This document shows positions 57,091 to 64,000 of a DNA stretch of 64,000 nt, piece after piece; within the stretch, counting starts at the first letter, position 1; each line of letters begins with the position of its first letter. Both the position numbers and the translations under genes were made by a program. The DNA lies in the NCBI RefSeq assembly GCF_001447785.1, contig NW_015169179.1, positions 781,441 through 845,440 on the forward strand. Direction: 5' to 3'. The notes beneath the pieces were generated by a model. That model saw only the letters and a program-made list of their open reading frames with translations, did no database searches and was not told where the DNA came from. The stretch comes from Gekko japonicus (taxonomy: Eukaryota).

Positions 57091-59475
57091 GAAACCTTTC
57101 TTTGGGGAATGCAATTTACCCTCCAGACTGAGCCAGCATCATATATGTTCTAGACCGGTACATAGTCTGCTGCACACTGGTGCTCAGCTGGAGATGCTCA
57201 GTGGGTGCTTTTGACATATATACTTTACTACAGTTGGCCATACACCAAATCTACATTTAAAAAAGGCTTAAGATGTGGCTTCCTATTCAGAAGAACTATT
57301 TTTGAAAGTTGTTGCATCCAGATTGTTTGAAAATGCACAGTCAAATTAAATGCACATGTATTCCTCCCATACACAAACTGGAAATGTATAGAATCTGCTA
57401 TTCATATTTCTCAGATATCCCAGGATGTCATATCAGGGAAGAGGCTCAAAGGCTCTCTCAGGGAATGCCCCATTGTTAATTGTTGTTATTTGTCAGAGAG
57501 CCACTTTCTGATTACATGTGTCATGGATGATGCATTCATGCAGAAACTGCTTTCATAATCTATAAAAAGAAAGTAACCAGGAAAACGATAAACACAACAT
57601 ATGAAACCAGAACAATTAGGAAAAAATCTAAATTAAACCCAGAAACAACACAGAGGGGGAAAATGCTCCCAAGCCCCTAGAGAAGAAATCCAACAAAGTA
57701 ACACACACTTGCCAAGGCTGACGTCACACCACCCACATACCTCAACTCAAGAAACAAGCCGTTTTAGCAAAATGGCAGTTAGTGCTCTTATGGTACCACC
57801 GGCCCCCTCTCTTTATCTGAAAAAGTCACAGCCCCACAATTGAACATTTACTTATTCCAGATGAGCCCTTGTCACATCCCAGCCTGAGCCAATGTCTTTA
57901 AAGATAAAAATAGAACATTCCCAAACTTCATCTAGTAGTGCAAAGAACAGCACAATCTTCTGGTTGAACCCTGCATCCTATTAAATACTCACGGGGGTGG
58001 GGGAGACAAGGGAAACAAAGAGTAAACATTGGTTTAATGTGCTGGGAAACATGTGGTGCCTTTTCTAATGGCTGACATTTAAGAAAAACAAAAACACATA
58101 TACAAAATGAAGTCCTTAGAATAGTTCAAGCTGTTGGTGATATAGGATCACCTTGTGAACTCAAATGTCCCCCTCATAAGGATACACTGACCTTGTCTTA
58201 CAACAACTGAAGAACAAACATTGAACTCAAAGACCAGTGATGATCTCTCAGCCCACAGCACACCATGGCTGCTTATGCCAAACATGTAAAAAAAAATCTC
58301 ACCCAGAGCTCAAATATTACAGCATAACCTGCAAACAGGTCTTTAAGGCTGGTGAATATTGCCAAGCAGATTGGCTTGCCTTTACCATTTAAAACACAGA
58401 ACAAGGAGGTTTGGTGAGTTTCTGTTTAACTTCAACCATGAAAGCCTACAGCTTCCATTACATCTAGGACTGAATTTAAGATCAGTCTTTTGCTGCCAAT
58501 CTGAAGGATTCAATAAGCAGAACTTGTCTGGTGCTCATTTCATTCCAAGGGTGCTGCATACCAAGGGTGCATACCAAGGGTGCTAAGCACTGTTATGGGA
58601 TATAGGTATGACTGGCAGCCTCCAGGTGAGACTTGGAGATCTCCTGGAATTACAACTGATCTGCAGACTATAGAGACCAGTTTCCCTGTAGAAAATGATT
58701 GCTTTGGACTTCGGATTCTACAGCATTATATGCCACAAGAGTCCTCCCCAAATCCCACCTTCAAATCTGCAGGAATTTCCCAATGTGGAGTTGGCAAGTC
58801 TAGACATAAGTAGACAGCTTTGGGGGTGGGATTGACAATCTTCAGGATACTCTTGGTCCTCTGCATTCTTTGCCACAGAGTGCTAGCACAGCTGTAAGTA
58901 GGCAAAAGTGACAAGCACATTCAGTTCTGAAACGCCTGGGGAATGAGCATTTTAGTCCAGTAGGCCTTTCCCAGAATGACTCCCCCTTACAGCCAACAGT
59001 CGAAACCAAAGTTCAGCATGCTAATGAGATAAAACCTCCTTTAAAATTACACCTCTCTCCTCCTAAAGGACCCATGCATCAAACTATTTCATTTTTAGTA
59101 CATCCTAAGTTCCCTTGAGTCATTCCTCATGCAGTTATTGCCAAATAAAATATTGCTAAGAAGAACATATGCAATGTAAAATGCTAGGGTCAGCTATGAA
59201 ATCACACACCAATGGAAACTGAAGCCTTCTGTTGTTAGTACCTGTGAAAATGGGAGCAATACATCCATCTCCTGTAGCAGTGAGAGATGTATTATTCACT
59301 ACCTCATACTTATGTGGCATTGCTGCTCATCCTAGATATATAAGAATGTTATCCTAGATAACTAGCTAGAGACTGGAAGGAATTACAGACTTATTTATTT
59401 ATGTTATATACTGCCCTCCCCAGATGGTCTGAGGGCGGTGTACAACAATTAAATAATAGAATTAAAATAACATTA

Positions 59476-59906
59476 GGCCCCGTTCACACGGAGCATTTGC
59501 TGCGCTGAAGGCACGATTGTCCCGCGGATTTTCTGGGCGCGATCACACCGGAACATCTTGGAGGTGTAGCGCACCTGTGGCTAACCCGTGGCTTCTCGTC
59601 GAAGATGCGGAATAAAAAACTACCACATACGAGGTACTAGTTTCTGGAAAACGCGGGGCAAGGGCAGGCGTCTGATTGCATTTCCATGTGAATCCCGTGG
59701 CATCTGGCACCTGTCCATGTCCCATCGCAAACCGGATGGGGTTTTTTTTGTAAGTCTCCACAGGATGCACACAATCATGTGCATGCGCAAACTTCGGCGA
59801 GAAAAAAAATTCCCGTTTGCCATGGAAGCTGCGCCTAGCGATTACCAGTGTGATTGCGCCATGCCGCTTCTTTGCCGTGCTGTAGGATAGCCGTGTGATC
59901 GGCACC
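59476..59906. mobile_element. PIF/Harbinger-like non-autonomous element, CpG-rich
   Basis: Imperfect TIR GGCCCCGTTCACACGG / CCGTGTGATCGGCACC; flanked by TTA and TAA. Confidence 0.55.
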
Positions 59907-60699
59907 TAACGGCCTAACCACGGTACCTCGACGGGACATGTGATCAGGCTGCCGCACGTTACTTTGCTCTGGGGCTAACAGCTACATCCCCCCCCCCCCC
60001 CCCCTTTCTGCCTCCTGTACCTTAGTTTTGCAAGCCTAGGTTAAGAAGGGAACAAACTTATATTTGTCTTTTTCCCAATAGAGTTTTACCCCATAGTGGT
60101 TGGAAATAACATGCATACTAGATAGGGTTGTCAGCCTCCAGGTGGGGCCTGGAGACCTCCTGGAATTAGAATTGATCTTCAGGCAACAGAGATCAGTTTC
60201 CCTGGAGAAAATGTATGCCTTGGAGGATGGACTCTACGGCAGTATACAACATGGAAGTCCCTCCCCTCCCCAAATTCTCCTGGTATTTCCCAGCCCGGAG
60301 CTAATGACCCTATGTGTCGCATGACATCACAAGAACCCCCAAGGCCGGGTAAATAGCTGATCAACATTTGCTCATGTGCCATCCAACTGAACCTATGAGA
60401 GATCATTAATATCAAGGGCTGCACGCTTTAGAAACCAAAAGCATACCCATCAAATATCTCTCTATCCCTTTTGCTTCCATAGCTTTCACTTATGTTTATT
60501 TTCCTATAATGTGGATTAAATTTGTATTTAACTCCATTATATAAAGTATAATATGTATTGAAAAAATCTTTACTTCCCTGATAATGGTCTTTGCTACCTT
60601 CCACTCCCCCAGAATAGTTTTCCTAGAACCACTCTGCAAAAGGAGCAGAGCACATTTATCATCTTGCCTCAACCAGGGCCAGGGCTTTCTCTGTCCTGG

Positions 60700-61078
60700 C
60701 CCCAGCCTGGTGGAACATGCTCCCTATTGCAACCAGGGCCCTGCGGGATCTTCTTCAATTCCGCAAGGGCCTGCAAGACGGAGCTGTTCCGCCAGGCCTT
60801 TGGTTGAGGCAATGGGCACCCATATATGCCCTCCCTGAGGTTGCTGTCACCCGTCTATTTACTGACCACCGGCAACTGGCCTTTAATTCACTGTACCATT
60901 GGGCCAGAACTTTATAGCCAACTGACACTGTTTCAAGCTGTACCCATTGTTTTTAATTGTTATAACGTTTTATCATATTTTAAACTGAAATTGTATTTAT
61001 TATAATAGTGTTACTGGCCCTGAGCCCGTCTGTGGGATGGGCGGGATATAAATGCAAATAAATAAATAAATAAATAAA
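60700..61078 (+). mobile_element. LINE 3' end with (TAAA)n tail (L2-like)
   Basis: GCCCTGAGCCCG...GGGCGGGATATAAAT followed by (AAAT)n; similar minus-strand tails near 15520-15600 and 59390-59450. Confidence 0.55.
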
Positions 61079-61329
61079 GTGAAGTCCCCCCCCACACACA
61101 CACACCAGCATCATTAGGATGCAGTGACAAGCCGGTTTGTCATTAAGTAAAGTCAGCTGTTAAGGAAAAATAAGTATTTGCATATTTTTAGATATGTAGA
61201 AAACTTTTATAGATGTTTATGTGTAGACTTGCCACCATTGTTATATTTTTTCATTTCTTTTCTGTTTGGGGGTTACCATTAAAAATAAATTTATTGTTAT
61301 TATTTTAAAATTGGTGGCACCTCACTTCA

Positions 61330-61835
61330 GATCCCTAAGTGATCTCTCAACAGTTTCATGCATATGTTAAACAGCATAGGGGACAAAACTGACCCCTGCA
61401 GGACTCCACATCATACTCCCCACAGGGCTGAGACTACCTTCTGGAACAAGGCAGAGCAGAACCACTGAAGCACGGTGCCCAGAGGTCCCAGAGAATCAAG
61501 AGGGATGCATTCCTCCTGTTACTCTCCCATCAAAGATGGTCAGTCAGAGTAACCAAAGCCATTTCCATCCCAAACCCAGGCCCGATTCCAGATTGAAATG
61601 GGTTTAGGTAAACAGGGTCCTCCAAAACCTCCTGAAGCGACGTAACCACCAGCTGGTTGAGCACTTTACCCAAGAATCACATGCTGGCCATTCAGCAGTA
61701 ATTATTTAGGGCATTCAGGTCCTGGGATACTTTCCTCATGAGAGGTCTTATGACCACTTCTTTTAAAGTAGTCAGAACTACACCCTCCCACAGAAAAGTG
61801 CTTATTGCCTCCTGGACCCACTTGACAAACCCACC
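61330..61835 (-). pseudogene. L2-like RT fragment
   Basis: Minus-strand remnants LNPFQSG and GVLQGSVLS. Confidence 0.6.
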
Positions 61836-62033
61836 CAACTATGTGCTATCAGCCACAAAAGGCAAGGCAGGTTGAGCCTGACATGGTATGTCACCAAACA
61901 CTTCTAAGTGGTTTGTCCATTTTGTACTCACACATTATCTCATTTAAAACGGGTCGCCACCTGTACAAAGCAAGCTACATATGTTCAGGGACACGCAGGG
62001 ACTGGCAGCCTCAGGCAGGTGTTGCACTCATGT

Positions 62034-62228
62034 GCTAGCCCAATCTTGTCAGATCTCAGAAGCCAAGCAGGGTGGGCCCTAGTCCATACTTGGATAGGAG
62101 ACCACTTAGGAAGTCCAGGGTCGCTATGCACAGGTAAGCGATGGCAAACCACCTCTGAATGTTTCTTGCCTTGAAAACCTGACAGGGTCGCCATAAATTG
62201 GCTGTGACTTGATGAATTTCCACCACCA
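62034..62228 (+). mobile_element. 5S rRNA-derived SINE copy
   Basis: GCTAGCCCAATCTTGTCAGATCTCAGAAGC...GGGTCGCCATAAATTGGCTGTGACTTGA. Confidence 0.8.
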
Positions 62229-62431
62229 GCGAGCTGCTTCACACAGGCGACATTCCAATTTAAACAAGAATCAGCACAATTACAAAGTCAAACAGGTGGA
62301 TGTTTCTCCATCATCAGTGTCATATTTACATAATCGCTGAGCCAACTACTAGGAAAACTATGTGTGGATGAGGAAGAGCAACTGGACTCAAGAAAAGGGA
62401 AACTTTTACATATTTTGCCTATGGTCTAGAC

Positions 62432-62611
62432 CAGTGATCCCTCTAAGCTGTGTGCATGAGTAGCCGCTCATTAATGCAGGAAACCCCACTCAGCAGCAAT
62501 CTGGAGCCACACAGGGTCTCACACTGCCCATTTTAAGATTACAGCAGTTATATTCTGCACAGAATGTGAACTGCTCGGCTCAGTAGGGAAAAGAAATTAG
62601 AGGGAACATTG
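62432..62611. mobile_element. hAT-type MITE with related TIRs and a different interior
   Basis: CAGTGATCCCTCTAAG...TTAGAGGGAACATTG; TSD GTCTAGAC/GTCTGGAC. Confidence 0.75.
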
Positions 62612-62737
62612 GTCTGGACAGTATTTGGGTTTCAAACTTGCCAATTTCCTCCACCATTTGCAAGCATCTGGTTGAAAAGGACACCCCTCTCCAAAGAGAT
62701 CAGGCCAATAATATATTTTTATTAACATTTATGCTCT

Positions 62738-62915
62738 GGTCCAGGTAGCCTGATCACATCAGATCTCAGAAGCTAAGCAGTGTCAGCCCTGGTTTTTAAT
62801 TGGATGGGAGACCACCAACGAAGTCCATGGTTGCTATACAAAGGCTGTCAGTGGCAAACCACCTCCGAATGTCTCTTGCCTTGCAAACCTGTCAAGTTCA
62901 CTATCAACTGGCTGC
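62738..62915 (+). mobile_element. 5S rRNA-derived SINE, degenerate copy
   Basis: AGATCTCAGAAGCTAAGCAG...TTGGATGGGAGACCACC. Confidence 0.75.
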
Positions 62916-64000
62916 TCCAGGAATAAGACCCTGTCAGCAAATGAGCCAACTGCAAGTCTAGGAAGAAGGCAGAATTTTCCAGAAAGGATTTCAGGACTCC
63001 TAACCCCTCTTCACAGCACATTTCATGTTTTGTGAAAATGTATTGCCCCAAGAAAGTGTATCTTGCCGAGGTTCTCAGCCTGACTCATCTTTGCCTTGCA
63101 CACTCGGTATTGCCATTTACAGTACTGCCAAAGGCAACCCACTAAAAGTCTGGCTCCATTACAAAGGATAGGAGCCTTTTTATAGCCATTCCACACAAGT
63201 TGGACCTGAGCCAGTGTGGTCTGGATAGGGGCAGGGGAAAGACTAAAGTACACAAGTGGGATGTGTGATTTTTATTGATATAAAAACATAATATTCACTG
63301 ACAAGAAGCAATGAAAGGAAAACAGAATGCAACTCATGTATGTTCTCCAAAACCATATGTTGGGTAGGATCTCAGGTGGATTATAAAATTATTACATAAT
63401 ACTATTAAAGCTGTAGAACTACACCCCAAATTTGACATCAACACATTTGGGTAACAAAGGGAAGGATTACATTGGAAAAGCAAAGGAATAAGATGAGAGA
63501 AGTGAATGGGTGGATAAACTTGAGCATTTTCAAATTTTAAAGTTCAAGTACAGACTCCACCAGAGCTGGCAAGAATATCTAGGGCAGAGGACAGCGTGGT
63601 GGTGGTGGTGGGTGTTTCTCCTTCCACCTAGCACCACTGAGGCCATGCAAAACCCTTCTTTAGTAACTGCAGTAACAAAAACCGACTAATATATACAACT
63701 GATTTCAGGGATTTGCCACTCTTACCAGAATCAGTGTATTTTTGCATGCTTTGTTGAACAGAACATGTTGTGGGGTTTGTTAGATACAATTTTATATCCC
63801 TTTTCATAACAGAGCTTATTCTAGAGGAACAATATTATTCATTTTGGTTTATTATGCTTTGGATTGTACTATACGTAAACTGCCTCAAGGGCTTCTTATT
63901 GAAAAGTGCTGTAGAAGGATTCTTAAAATATATATTGCCGCTATGTGCTTATCTGATACTGGAAGACTATTTTTAGGTACAGGACAAAATTCAGAAGTTG

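Noticed and set aside
44429-64000. Search for SNED1 exon 1 or a nested gene
   Set aside because: No signal-peptide or RGD exon, CpG-island promoter or multi-exon ORF recognised; the region reads as a repeat-rich intron, though small exons could be missed by eye

Overview
Vertebrate genomic DNA, most likely a squamate and probably a gecko (inferred from the SINE and LINE families), from a gapped draft assembly with four N gaps. The whole window lies inside one minus-strand gene, SNED1 (Sushi, NIDO and EGF-like domains 1). I traced 25 distinct coding exons by hand, plus a duplicate copy of one, from 44428 down to the window edge. All have GT-AG boundaries and consistent phases. The domain order is NIDO, an EGF array, Sushi, 4 EGF, 3 FN3 and the start of the C-terminal region. 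Exon 1 was not found and is presumably beyond 64000, so 44429-64000 is probably intron 1. The introns are rich in mobile DNA: a full-length, ORF-intact RTE-BovB LINE with a 17-bp TSD, two solo LTRs, Sauria, Squam3-like and 5S-derived SINEs, CR1, L2, R4 and Penelope fragments, and many hAT-type MITEs with 8-bp TSDs. The most notable points are an extra in-frame EGF exon that I do not recall in human SNED1, the intact BovB inserted exactly at the 5' edge of a 5S SINE, and a ~2.2-kb tandem duplication carrying an EGF exon (probably an assembly artefact). I found no convincing evidence of a wholly new biological system. Exon numbers and comparisons to human SNED1 are from memory, not from an alignment.
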